Assembly (NCBI RefSeq): GCF_009914755.1
Contig: NC_060934.1
Length of the DNA: 64,000 nucleotides
Strand: one strand, 5' to 3'
Origin: the human T2T-CHM13v2.0 reference genome, Homo sapiens
Shown here: in pieces, positions 52,266 through 64,000 of the stretch
Numbering within the stretch: the first letter of the stretch is position 1
Layout of the letters: each line of letters opens with the position of its first letter
Notes under the pieces: generated by a model
Told to the model about the DNA's origin: nothing
Databases searched by the model: none
Seen by the model: the letters and a program-made list of their open reading frames with translations, nothing else
Translations under genes and position numbers: made by a program

Positions 52266-53249
52266 CAACGTAGCAAAATCTTGGTATTTGCCAAAATTCG
52301 ATGATGAGAATATGAGAATGTGTTATACTCTTCTTTCTGCCTCAGATTATTCATAACAGTGTCATTTGGGCATTGTGCAGACAGTGCATATATTGTGGCT
52401 ATAAAATACTATGCTGAGAATAAATATATTTGCAAAACAATCATTATTCTTAAGATATCTTCATGGATCCTCCCAATGTTCTTTATTTCTTCTCAAATTC
52501 ATGACTGCAAATAGCAAAGCTGCCTTCTATCCTTCACCACATCAAAGCAATAGGATTTGGAATTTTGTTAATACAGTTTACCCAAGTTCTAGGGAGAAAA
52601 TTTGCAAACTCCCACTGTGAGAGTATTTCTAAATATTAGTAAAACATTAGGTGGCAGCGGACTGCATGCCAAGGGTTTTGAAAGTGTGTTCATGGTAGGC
52701 TTGTGCACAACGGGCTAATTTGGTTGAAAGATGTTCCAGGGCTATTTTTATCTTAATTTATATTTTATTCAGAACCCACAGAAGGATGGCAATAGCATGT
52801 AAATCCCAGAAAGCTTCATACTTTCCCTGAATGCACCATTATTTTGGCAATCTTAAAAGGAAAGCAACACTTCCACGATTTCACAGGGAGCTCTGAACAT
52901 AGCAAATGTTTACTGGAGGGACATGCATGTCCTTTTTTTTAATGTTTCTAAACAGCATATGTGCAAATGAGATTTGAAATGAGGGGTGTATGTATTTTCC
53001 ACAAATCCCTAATTTATTTATGTATGTTTTAAATATTTTCTAATGGCTTTAAAAGAATTAGAAATGGATTTTCTTTATTTAAAATTGAGTCTTTTTTCAG
53101 TAATAAATTTTTACTTGAGAACTCAGTAAGATTTCTCCTTTTAAATAATTGAAACTGCTGAAACAGGTTGTTTATTTTACCTTATTGAAATGAGGATTGC
53201 CCACGTTTTCTGCAAATAATAATTAAAGGAATAAAAACTCCATAATGGA

Positions 53250-53543
<294 letters not shown>

Positions 53544-53566
53544 CTAAACTCCTTAGTGGGGAAAAA

Positions 53567-53569
<3 letters not shown>

Positions 53570-53609
<40 letters not shown>
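53570..53609. repeat. (TG)n microsatellite
   Basis: About 20 units. Confidence 0.97.
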
Positions 53610-53613
<4 letters not shown>

Positions 53614-53694
53614 GTGTTCTCCAGAAAGCCGAATTCCACAAGTTAAGTGGTTCCTAGATGTCATTTCTATGGCCAAACATCTGGGCTCTGTTGA

Positions 53695-53990
53695 CACCAT
53701 CATGCTAAGCCAATTAACGTAGGAACAGAATACCAAATATCACATATTTTCACTTACAAGTAGGAGCTAAACGTTGGATAAATACGGACACAAAGAGGGG
53801 AGCAAAGAACCGTGAGGACTACTAGAGGGACGAGAGTGGCAGGGGCTGAAAAACTACCAATTGGCTGCTATGCTCACTACCTGTGTGATGGGATCGTTCG
53901 TACTTCACACCTAAGTGTCATGCAATATATCTATGTAACAACCCTGCAGATTACCCCCTGAATCCAGCATAAAAATTGAAAAAAAAAAAT
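53695..53990 (+). mobile_element. L1PA15/16-like 3' end
   Basis: ggaacagaataccaaatatcacatattttcacttacaagtaggagctaaac...ctgaaaaactacc...poly-A. Confidence 0.82.
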
Positions 53991-54637
53991 CAGATGTCTA
54001 CGAGAGGAGGTTGGTCACCCCAACAGATTTAGTGTTGTGAGCATCATTAAACTAAACAGCAAGATGGAAAGTAACGTGGCTGTTGAAACAAATCCGTGGT
54101 AGTACTGATGGCTTTTCCAAACACATGAGTGTCACGCAATGAGCTATCTCTTCAAAAGTACCGCAACACCACACACAGGTCATTCGAACCGGCATGCAAT
54201 GCTAAGATTATCCATGAATGATTGGGCAAGCTAAATGAATTGCATCTCATTGTTATCTAACCAGCAACGAAGGTTTCCTCTAACCAACCTGGGTGAATCA
54301 TATAAGGAATTGTTAACTATTATGGCAGTACGCAGTAGAAATGAAAGCCATCAGAACACACACTGGTTGGGGGTCATTGCAGACACAGCCGAGAGCTCGC
54401 TGTTCTCCCACAGAGCTCTAGTTTTTCTGGAGTAAGAGTCGGTCCATACGGAACATGTGTGTGTCAGAGCCGTGGGCAGAAATGGAATGCAGAAGTGGGA
54501 TGCGGGTGATGAATCATGATGGTGCCTCGGCTCCTGTTCCATAAATTTCTAGTAAATAAAAATAAAATTTAAAGTCTTACTCACACTTTTATGGACTCTT
54601 AAGAGCTTTCTTTTTTATGGTTTGCTTTGGGCAGTAT

Positions 54638-54668
54638 GAGAGAGAGAGAGAGAGAGAGCAGAGAGAGT
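54638..54668. repeat. (GA)n microsatellite
   Basis: Read directly. Confidence 0.9.
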
Positions 54669-55319
54669 GAAATGTGTGAAAGACAAAGATGAATAGCTCT
54701 TGGGAAGATCAAGGCCTTCTTATTAGCTTGCATTTGGCAGGCATCCGCTCATCACTCATCTAAAACACCTTATAATAGTCTGATTGAATGGGAGGGTGAT
54801 TTTTATGATGTGAGTTAAATGGAAATTAGGGTGATTTTTGAAACTCTAACATATGGCCCTACTGATTACTTTTCCCAACAAATTTTTCATGTGGTCATAA
54901 TCTAAATTTAAATAAGAGTCTACAGGGGAAAATGCTAGGGTATTCAAACCCTACGCCCTCACGCCTCCTAAGAGGACAATAAAAATCAAGTTTCCTAAAG
55001 TCAAAGGAAAATTTGAGGCAAGTGGAAAATTAATGAACGTGAAAAAAACACCTCCAGAAAAAGTTCCCTGCAAGTGTCTTTCTTCCCAATGGTTTTAAAC
55101 CAGAATTGAAAAAGAGAGCAGAGATTTTTGATAAGGCTGGAGCCAGGTATGCTGTGTGATTTCCTTAAAGAAGGTTTGCGAGGCAATGAGTACAAATAGC
55201 GACATAAAAAGGGCTTTAATTGAGGGCGCAGTACCTTCCAGAACATTCCTACTGATAAAATGCACATGGAAAAACTTCACTTAATAACCTTTGTGATCTT
55301 TGTTAGTTTAGACACATCT

Positions 55320-55800
55320 TTCTTTAATTATAAATGAAACACAGGCTCACTGTAGAAAATTTTGAAAATGCACAAAAGTATAAAACAGAAGATAATAATC
55401 ATTCTAAATCTCCAGGCCCAGAGATAATAGCTGTAAATCGCTATTACCATTTTGGTATTTCCTATACTTTTTAAAATAAAAAATATATATATTCATATTC
55501 TAACAGATTGGAGATTGTGCTGCTTATAAATTTAATAATCTCCTTTTGACTAAATTTTATATGCTACACATCCTCCAGTGCCATTAAAGATTCTTTGTAA
55601 AAATCTTTCTTGAATCTTAAAAATATATGAGTATCTCCAGTGCTTTCCATCTATAGTGGTGCCATGTTTTAATGATTGCATTTCTAATTCATCTTCTCCT
55701 CCATGAAAATACTTAGGTCAAATTCTACACATTTGCTGTATTAATGAAATATCAGAACACATATTGATTAAAAATGTATATACCATTTCTTCATATCAGA
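55320..55800 (-). mobile_element. L1ME-type fragment
   Basis: tcactgtagaaaattttgaaaatgcacaaaagtataaa...cccagagataa...cattttggtattt. Confidence 0.55.
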
Positions 55801-56344
55801 GGCAATTAAGAAGTTGTTGATTAGATGCCAAAATATTGGAACTTATGATAATTTACAGTGGCTCTTGAGGAAAACAGGGCCAGATACCAGAAATTAAATC
55901 TTCACTAAATATTTGGGAATATCTGATTACTTTCCCATAGCACATTTGCAGGGATTTTAGTAAGTCACCTATGACACTTATCTTTGCATCTGCAAAAAGA
56001 AATAGGCCTTCTGTGGGAAAAGCAAGAAACATCACAACGTGTGGAGTGTGGGGTGATCAAAGCTGCCCTGCAGTGCGAACAAGGCTCCCAAGGGGGCCGA
56101 TGGTGTGGGAGGCACCAGGCACGGGGTTGCCCCTCCACCACCCCATGTGTCCTGCGGTTGCTCCTTACCTGTAAAAGAGTCTCCTGCGGTCGTTCAGGGC
56201 TGCCATGAAGCTGAGATGATGCTCCCCATGGCTCTGTGCAGTGCTGGGCACAGAAGAGGTGCTTAGTCAGTTACTGCTGCAGCTGCTGTGGCTATTCATA
56301 GTGTACTCCAAGATAGACCACACCACCATGTCCTGCATCAACAG

Positions 56345-56540
56345 AGTTATTAATAATATGGTTGTTATTAATAATATAGTTATTAATAATATGGTTGTTA
56401 TTAATAATATAGTTATTATAAGAATATAGTTATTAAAGGTGGTTGTTAACATAGTTATAATAATTATTTATTAATCATTAATTGTTAATTAATCATAAAT
56501 TAATAATTAATGATTAATATTATATAGCTATTAATAATAT
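56345..56540. repeat. AT-rich tandem repeat (15+18 = 33-bp period) followed by an inverted repeat
   Basis: agttattaataatat / ggttgttattaataatat alternation; 22-bp arms at 56469-56490 and 56498-56519. Confidence 0.88.
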
Positions 56541-56758
56541 GCTATGTTACATATCGGTATGAGCAATATTTTTAATATTAAAAAGTGATAACATATGATA
56601 TCAAATTGTTAATGGTATTATACAGGAAATAAAATGACACATGGTAAAGGCTTGATTATACCTGTTTATTTCCTTATATACCTATACATGTGTTTGCACG
56701 TATGTGCATATGTATATATGTGTGTGTGGTATATGTGTATGTATAGAAGATTGTGCTT

Positions 56759-56780
56759 GTGTGTGTGTGTGTGTGTGTGT
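56759..56780. repeat. (TG)n microsatellite
   Basis: Read directly. Confidence 0.93.
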
Positions 56781-56831
56781 ATAAAAATAGATCCCTTAGA
56801 AGAAAACTAGTTTTGAAAGAGCATGGGAATA

Positions 56832-57125
56832 TTTTTTTTGAGATGGAGTCTCACTCATCCAAACTCGAGAGCGGTGGCACAATTACAGCTTACTGCAGCC
56901 TCAACTTCATTGATCCTCCTACCTCAGCCTCTCGAGTAGCTGGGACCACAGGCATATACCGCCATGCCCTGCTAATTTTTTTTTTTAAGAGATGAGTTCT
57001 CCCTATATTGCCCAGGCTGATCTCAAACCCCTGGGCTCAAGTGATCTTCCCGGCTCAAGTGATCTTCCCACCTCAGCCTCCTCCCAAAGTGCTGGGATTA
57101 CAGGCATGAGCTGCCATGCCCGGCC
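56832..57125 (-). mobile_element. AluJ, antisense, with deletions and an internal 18-bp duplication
   Basis: ttttgagatggagtctcactc...gcccggcc; ggctcaagtgatcttccc twice at 57034-57069. Confidence 0.9.
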
Positions 57126-57563
57126 CAGGATTATTTTTTTAACTCAAGAAATGATGACTTGGAAATTGTAATTGTGGGTTTTATTTTAATATTGATTGTA
57201 AGTTGATATGAAGTCAATGTCAGGACAACAAATGCAGGAAATATCTCACAGAGAGATTATTTCAATCCTAAATGGTCGGAGAATCAAAGATTCCAAGTGA
57301 TGTTTTAAAGAAAAGTACAGATGAGGAGGGAGGAGAATACTTGGAAGGGAATCAGAAGAAATTAATTTCATTAGTAGAAAGCAAGCAATCTCGGAATGGG
57401 ATATGAGGCCACCCTCAGGAATGACCTGGGCACCTGCACAGCACAAACTGGGCCTGGAATCCCAGTCTCCCCTGACAGTTTCCGCTATCATTGCATTTAT
57501 TCTGAACTGCTCCTTCTTCCCCTTGAAAGGAAGGTCATAATATCTTCCCCCAAGTACTCTCAC

Positions 57564-57616
57564 GAAGCCATATTCAGTAAGAAGCTATATTCAATAAGAA
57601 GCCATATTCAATAAGA
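57564..57616. repeat. 17-bp tandem repeat GAAGCCATATTCAATAA x3
   Basis: Copies at 57564, 57581 and 57598. Confidence 0.92.
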
Positions 57617-58749
57617 TACAAAGTCACCGTGATGCCCAATACCATGCTGTGATTCAACATTTTAGCTATTATTCGAGATCGATTTTACACATTGGAGGAA
57701 TTTAAGGGAGTAAATAAAGTCAAAGTGAGACATTTAAACAGTGCTTTTATTAGAAAAAGATCTGGAAATGAGGAGATGGCTAAGACTTTGATACTGTGGC
57801 AACTGGAACTTGGAACCCCACACCTCGCCAGGATCCCGCTGGTCCTTGGGACAGAAGCAATCTCAGTCCATTACCTTCAAGTGAATTTTTAAAACTCCTG
57901 CAAAAGAAAAATAAAACACCACTTTCACGAGTGCCTCAGAATAAATCTAAATGCTTTGCTAATTGCTTGTCACCACTACAAATAGTATTTGCTTTTCAGG
58001 GAGCTTTTTATAACGGCCTGGAAATAAATCAGAACTTTTAATTCCTTTGAAGACAGGCTGAGAAAGAAAAAAAAAGGTGGAGGTAAAACTTCTAGGATAA
58101 CAGAATCATCTTGAGCATCATCTGAAGGGTGTTCTTGTGTAATATAAGGAAGGCCTAATCAGATCAGCTAGAAACAGTTGCCTGTACGATAAATGCTCAC
58201 TGCTTACGTATTGTTTTTCTTCAAACCTAAAGTCTCGATGAGGAAAGCAGCTCCCTGGACAGCCAATTCCTGCAAGATTACAAGGTCAGGCCCTTCCACC
58301 TCCCCGACAGGGCTGGGAGGCCGCGGAGATGAGTTCACACAGCTGGCTGCTTTAGTGACTCGAAATGCCATCTGAGGCTTGGCAACATTTGTTTTTGTTT
58401 CTGGAGAGTAGAATTTAATGTAATATCAAATCACCCCACTCAAGGTACTGTACTCTTGGAAATTGCTTCTTAAATTCCACTGACCAACTAACAGAAACTG
58501 CCTGCCACAACAGAAAAAGTTTTATCAGAATATATCTGCTATGCAGTGCACCACAAGTGTCTTCAAAGCATCACTGTGTTCAACTAAAATGTTTAAACAT
58601 TCCAATGCACAGCTTTAATTCATTTGCTGATAGTAATTAACAGAACAAAGTCACCGAGACCAAATTACCTTCAGGTTTCAATAAAAACAATGTCCAATTG
58701 AAAGGTAAAATTTAGGATTAAAAAAAAAAACCCATAGCAAATTATCGAG

Positions 58750-59044
58750 AGATGAATCAGCCCAGCACAGAGGGTTTGCAGGGAGGTGAAACTACCCTGT
58801 GTGTGCTGCAGTGGCAGAGGTGAGAAATCTGTCCAATTCACAGAATGCCCAGCACCGAGAGTCAGCCCTGGTGTGAACTGTGGACTCTGGGTGGTAATGA
58901 TTTGTCCATGTAGGTTCATCGATTGCGACACGTGGGCCCTCTGGAGGGTGTGTGCAAGTGGGGAGCAGTACGATAATTCTCTACTTTCTGATCAATTCTG
59001 CCGTGAAGCTAAGACTGGCCTAAAAAATAATGTCTATTTAAAAA
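58750..59044 (+). mobile_element. L1MC-type 3' end
   Basis: gtgaactgtggactctgggtggtaatgatttgtccatgtaggttcatc...tcaattctgccgtgaagctaagactggcctaaaaaataa. Confidence 0.8.
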
Positions 59045-59749
59045 TCTATAGCAAATTGTTCATCGATGCCATTAAATTTCACTCTAAATTGAACGGGAGG
59101 GCTGATTTTCCAGTGTGGCTGTGACTTGTCTGAGGCTGGCTGCCTGAAACTCCACAATCTCTAAAGCCAAGACAGAGAGCTTAAGAAGATAAGCAGCCTG
59201 AGGCAGGGGCAAGGGGGAGGTTCTGGGTCACCCCCAAGATCTGCACACCCAACCAGGCCAGAGCAGCCATCAGGGTTCTGGCCTCTCCTTCCCCGAAAGG
59301 TGTCCCCAGGGCCACATGGACGCCCATCCCTCCCCGGACGCTCCCCACCCCTGCCCGGGAAAGCCACCCAGAATTAAATCCTGGGGTGGAAGGAGGAGCC
59401 CCCTGGACTAACGAGCCACAGTGCCAGTAGCAAAGCACCAGGAAATCTGCAAGCCAGCAAACACACTGCTGTCTCTGTGCTGGCCTGGGAAATTTGAATG
59501 TGCTTTGAAAATTTGTTGAAGAATCATACCCTGGTAGGACCCAGGGAGAGAAATATCTGGGCTTACTGATCTGTCGGCATGATTCAGCCACTTCCCTTCC
59601 TTTCATTCTTTGATTAACAAAGCTGAAGTTTCCCTGACAAAGTGTTATGGAAGGATGGCCAGGGTTAAGATCGCAATTGCTTGTAAAGCAATGTAAATAA
59701 TAAAAGAGAAATGATATTGCACACTGCTGTGCCATTTTCAAATTGATAT

Positions 59750-59900
59750 TTTCCAACATAACTGCATCGAATCCTCATGACCATGTGAGCCCTTAAGTAC
59801 TATTATTACCCCTGTTTTATATTTGAGGGTTGAGGCTCAGAAAAACCAAGTAAAGTGGTCAAGGTCAATGTAGGAGGCCTCAGATTCCAATTCCAGTGTC
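59750..59900 (-). mobile_element. MIR fragment
   Basis: tattattacccctgttttatatttgagggttgaggctcaga...gtggtcaaggtca. Confidence 0.65.
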
Positions 59901-61100
59901 CTCCGGTTACAGCACCCGGTGACCTGGGGCCATTTTCTTTTAATCTACAGATAGGCAGCAGGCCTTGGAAATCCAGCTCTTTGAAAATAGTAATTACTTT
60001 GTTTTTTTTTAGGTCCAAAATGTGCCCAGCAATTGAAGCATTCTTAAGTGGGCAGGATCACTCAGTTATTTTGGTCATCTTCATAGTCAGTTTGGATACA
60101 ATCAGGACAGAATGACCAGCACGCTATAGACCCCCAAGATTAATTGACCACATCACAGCCAATGTCATATGAGCCCAGGCTGAGAATGTATTTGGAGGTT
60201 GTGCAGACACCCGAGACAGAAGTAATTATTTTATTATTTATTATGAAGATATTGGAGTTATGTTAAAAAAAAAAGTAGGAATAAAGAGGAAGCAGTGAAT
60301 TCGTTTAAACAAAATTGAGGATTCACTGCCTGCATAGAAATAAAAGCCTTCCAAGCAAAATGATTTATAAATAAAAGACGAGTAACTACCATGTATTATA
60401 AATGATGCCTTTCCTGCCCTGTGTATTGTAAAATGCTTTCTAGAATCTTACAAAAGCCAGCATGGCAAGAATGTAATGAAGAAGAGAATTGCAAGATTAG
60501 AATCACATGGAAATGGGGGTCCTTGGGTAGCCACAGAAGGCGGCTGAACTCCTGGGCTCACGGCAGTGGGTGATCTCTAATAAACTGAGAGAGCAGAGCA
60601 ACGAAGCTCATTAAAATACAAGAAGAAGAAAAAACTCAGGATAATATCATCCATCTCCACTGATTTCATCACCCTGAGAATGAGGGGTAAAGCTTGCTAA
60701 CATGAGAATGAATTTTTATAAAGCACAGACATTTTCTGACATTTTAAGGGAAGAATATGGTGTGGCATTCCCCAGCCTGCAATGCAATGTGTTTATTTAA
60801 GGAGTAAATGCAGAAATGTTTTAGGGAGATGGGCCTCAATGAGCTCATGTGGGAGCAGAGAGCCCTGACTACGAGGAGGCCTCCGTGATCCCTCAGCAGA
60901 GCACACGCTCCTGCACTGACCAGAACCACGCCACGAAATCGGACCCCAGGAACCCTCGCAGATAGAATCCAGCACCTTCCTTCATCCAAGTTTGATGAGT
61001 TTGCTGATAATTCATATTCACACTCGGCTTTTCCAAGAAAGTAAGGAAGAAGGAAAAAAAGGGCTTTACTTGCCACTTTTCCGAAAAGACAAATTATTCA

Positions 61101-61586
<486 letters not shown>

Positions 61587-61594
61587 TTAAGATT

Positions 61595-61899
61595 GGCCAG
61601 ATGCTGTGGCTCACACCTGTAATTCCAAAACTTTGGGAGGCTGAGGCAGAAGGATGGCTTGAGCTTTGGAGTTCAAGACCAGCCTGGGCAACGTGGTGAA
61701 AACCCATCTCTACAAAAAATGCAAAACTTAGCTGGGTGTGGTGTCACATGCCTGTGGTCTCAGCTACTTGGGAGGCTGAGGTAGGAGGATCACCTGAGCC
61801 CAGGAGGATGAGGCTTCAGTGAGCCGCGATCATGCCACTGCACTCCAGCCCAGGTGATAGAGCAAGATCCTGTAACCAAAAAATAAAATAAAATAAAAT
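61595..61899 (+). mobile_element. AluJ
   Basis: gaggatcacctgagcccaggagg; TAAAA tail; TSD beginning aaaatatta. Confidence 0.93.
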
Positions 61900-61955
61900 A
61901 TTAGGCTATAATAAGTAATAGTTTGAATTTTCTGATGTACAAAATTAGTTAGGAG

Positions 61956-62340
61956 AGCACTGCAATGGAAATACAATGCAAGCCACAGATGCCATTTTAA
62001 ATTTTCTAAAGCATATTAAGTAGAAACAGATAGAAGCAATTTTAATAATATATTTTTAAGGCCGGGCACAGTGGCTCACGCCTGTAATCCCAGCACTTTG
62101 CAAGGCTGAGGTGGGTAGATCACGAGGTCAGGAAATCAAGATCATCCTGGCCAACATGGTGAAACTCCGTCTCTACTAAAAATACAAAAATTATCTGGGC
62201 GTAGTGGCACATGCCTGTAGTCCTAGCTACTCAGGAGGCTGAGGAGGGAGAATTGCTTGAACCAGGGAGTCGGAGGTTTCAGTGAGCCGAGATTGCACCA
62301 CAGCACTCCAGCCTGTGAACAGAGTAAGACTTGGTCTCAA

Positions 62341-62389
<49 letters not shown>

Positions 62390-62590
62390 TATTTTAAGCC
62401 CAATATGTGAAATATTATTTTAACATATACCTGAGACAAAAATGTCAAGATATTTCTGTTCATTCTGTCATACAAAGTCTTCAAATCTGGTGAGCATTTC
62501 CCACCAAGAGTTCGGTTCAGCTTGGACAGGCCACACTGCAGGATCTCAGTGGCCACATGTGGCTAGAGGCCACCCTACTGGGCAGTGCAG
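61956..62590. mobile_element. MER33-like hAT-Charlie DNA transposon, interrupted by an Alu
   Basis: aaatacaatgcaagccaca...tttaaattttct on the left; agtggccacatgtggctagaggccaccctactgggcagtgcag terminus on the right. Confidence 0.75.
62060..62388 (+). mobile_element. Alu (AluSc-like) with (AAT)n tail
   Basis: gatcacgaggtcagg...atcctggccaacatggtg; TSD aataatatattttaag-like on both sides. Confidence 0.94.
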
Positions 62591-62982
62591 AATTAGAATA
62601 TCTTGCCTTTCCGTGGGTCAGAAATCTGAAACTCTAAATCAAAGAATATTACAAAATATATTCTATGCTATAGCATTCTTTTGTTGGCAATCAAGAAGGT
62701 GAAAATACAATTCCGTGGGATGGAGATATTATTTTAAGTTGAATACAGGAATACTTGAAAAGATATTTCTTATTCCTTAATGTATGGATTAGGTGACTCC
62801 CCTACATGTCAAACAAGAATCATAGTTCTCAACATTTAGCAGTTTATATGGTCTAGGAGGAAGATTTTAAGGATTACCAGTTACAATATTATTATTATCA
62901 TTATTATTATAGTGCAATATAGTGCAATAATTCCAACCTGTTTTTAACAAGAAATAAGAGATTTTAAAATAACTAGAACTTA

Positions 62983-63478
<496 letters not shown>

Positions 63479-63572
63479 GTGCAGGAGCCCATAGCCTTCC
63501 TCCCTGTCGACTAGGGCGCCTCTTTGCCTGGTCCACCAAGGGCCAGGGTGCGGTTACCGCACTGCAGCCAGG

Positions 63573-63610
63573 GAGGACTGTGAGGACCATGAAGACTGTG
63601 AGGACCGTGA
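63573..63610. repeat. 9-bp-period repeat (GAGGACYRT) x4
   Basis: gaggactgt gaggaccat gaagactgt gaggaccgt. Confidence 0.8.
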
Positions 63611-64000
63611 CGAACTCACACTTCGGTCACAGTCTCAGCAGGCTCCCTAGAAGGATGAGCTTCAGGCCTGCTTCTGCTCTCCAGCAACTTCAGAGGGAAA
63701 CGTCTTCCAGGTGGAATAAAGAACCCAGGAAAAATGGAGAGGAAACATAGCCCCAGAAATTAATATCCACTGACCTAACAAAGGTTTCAAATGGTGTTTA
63801 AGGACCAAAACCAGGTGCCGTGATTTCACACCGTGATTGGTGTCCATTACAGTGAGAACACACCTCATGGCCTCTTTGTTCTCTAAATGCATAAAATATG
63901 AATGTTCATTTGAGCTCTTAAGAAGATTGCCTTTATAAGAAAACAGAAAGACAAAATAAAAGAAGGAAGTGAGGAAGGAGGGAGGGAAAGAAAAAAGGGA

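Overview
This window is primate (very likely human) non-coding genomic DNA. I find no credible protein-coding gene, tRNA/rRNA gene or CRISPR array. The listed ORFs are explained by Alu or L1 sequence, simple repeats or chance GC-rich frames. The window holds 15 Alus (13 on +), L1PA/PB/MA/MC/ME fragments including two 5'-inverted (twin-primed) L1 insertions, many LTRs (THE1B/C/D, MSTB, MLT1, MLT2, MER4, MER21, MER34-like, MER51), an LTR-internal-LTR MLT1A element, a MER33-like DNA transposon, MIR/L2 relics and many micro/minisatellites. The most interesting signals are regulatory or structural: (1) an orphan CpG-island-like segment at about 21.5-22.3 kb; (2) two back-to-back divergent THE1 LTRs that each carry a DUX4-type motif (about 42.0-42.9 kb); (3) a THE1B whose DUX4-site position now reads as an AP-1 site; (4) a 400-bp polypurine tract with (GGAA)11 and (GGAA)12 next to an AP-1/E-box-rich segment; (5) an AT-rich palindrome; (6) a roughly 155-bp twin-primed L1 insertion. 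None of these amounts to a demonstrated new biological system. Repeat subfamily names come from recalled consensus features, not a RepeatMasker run, and I could not identify the chromosomal locus.
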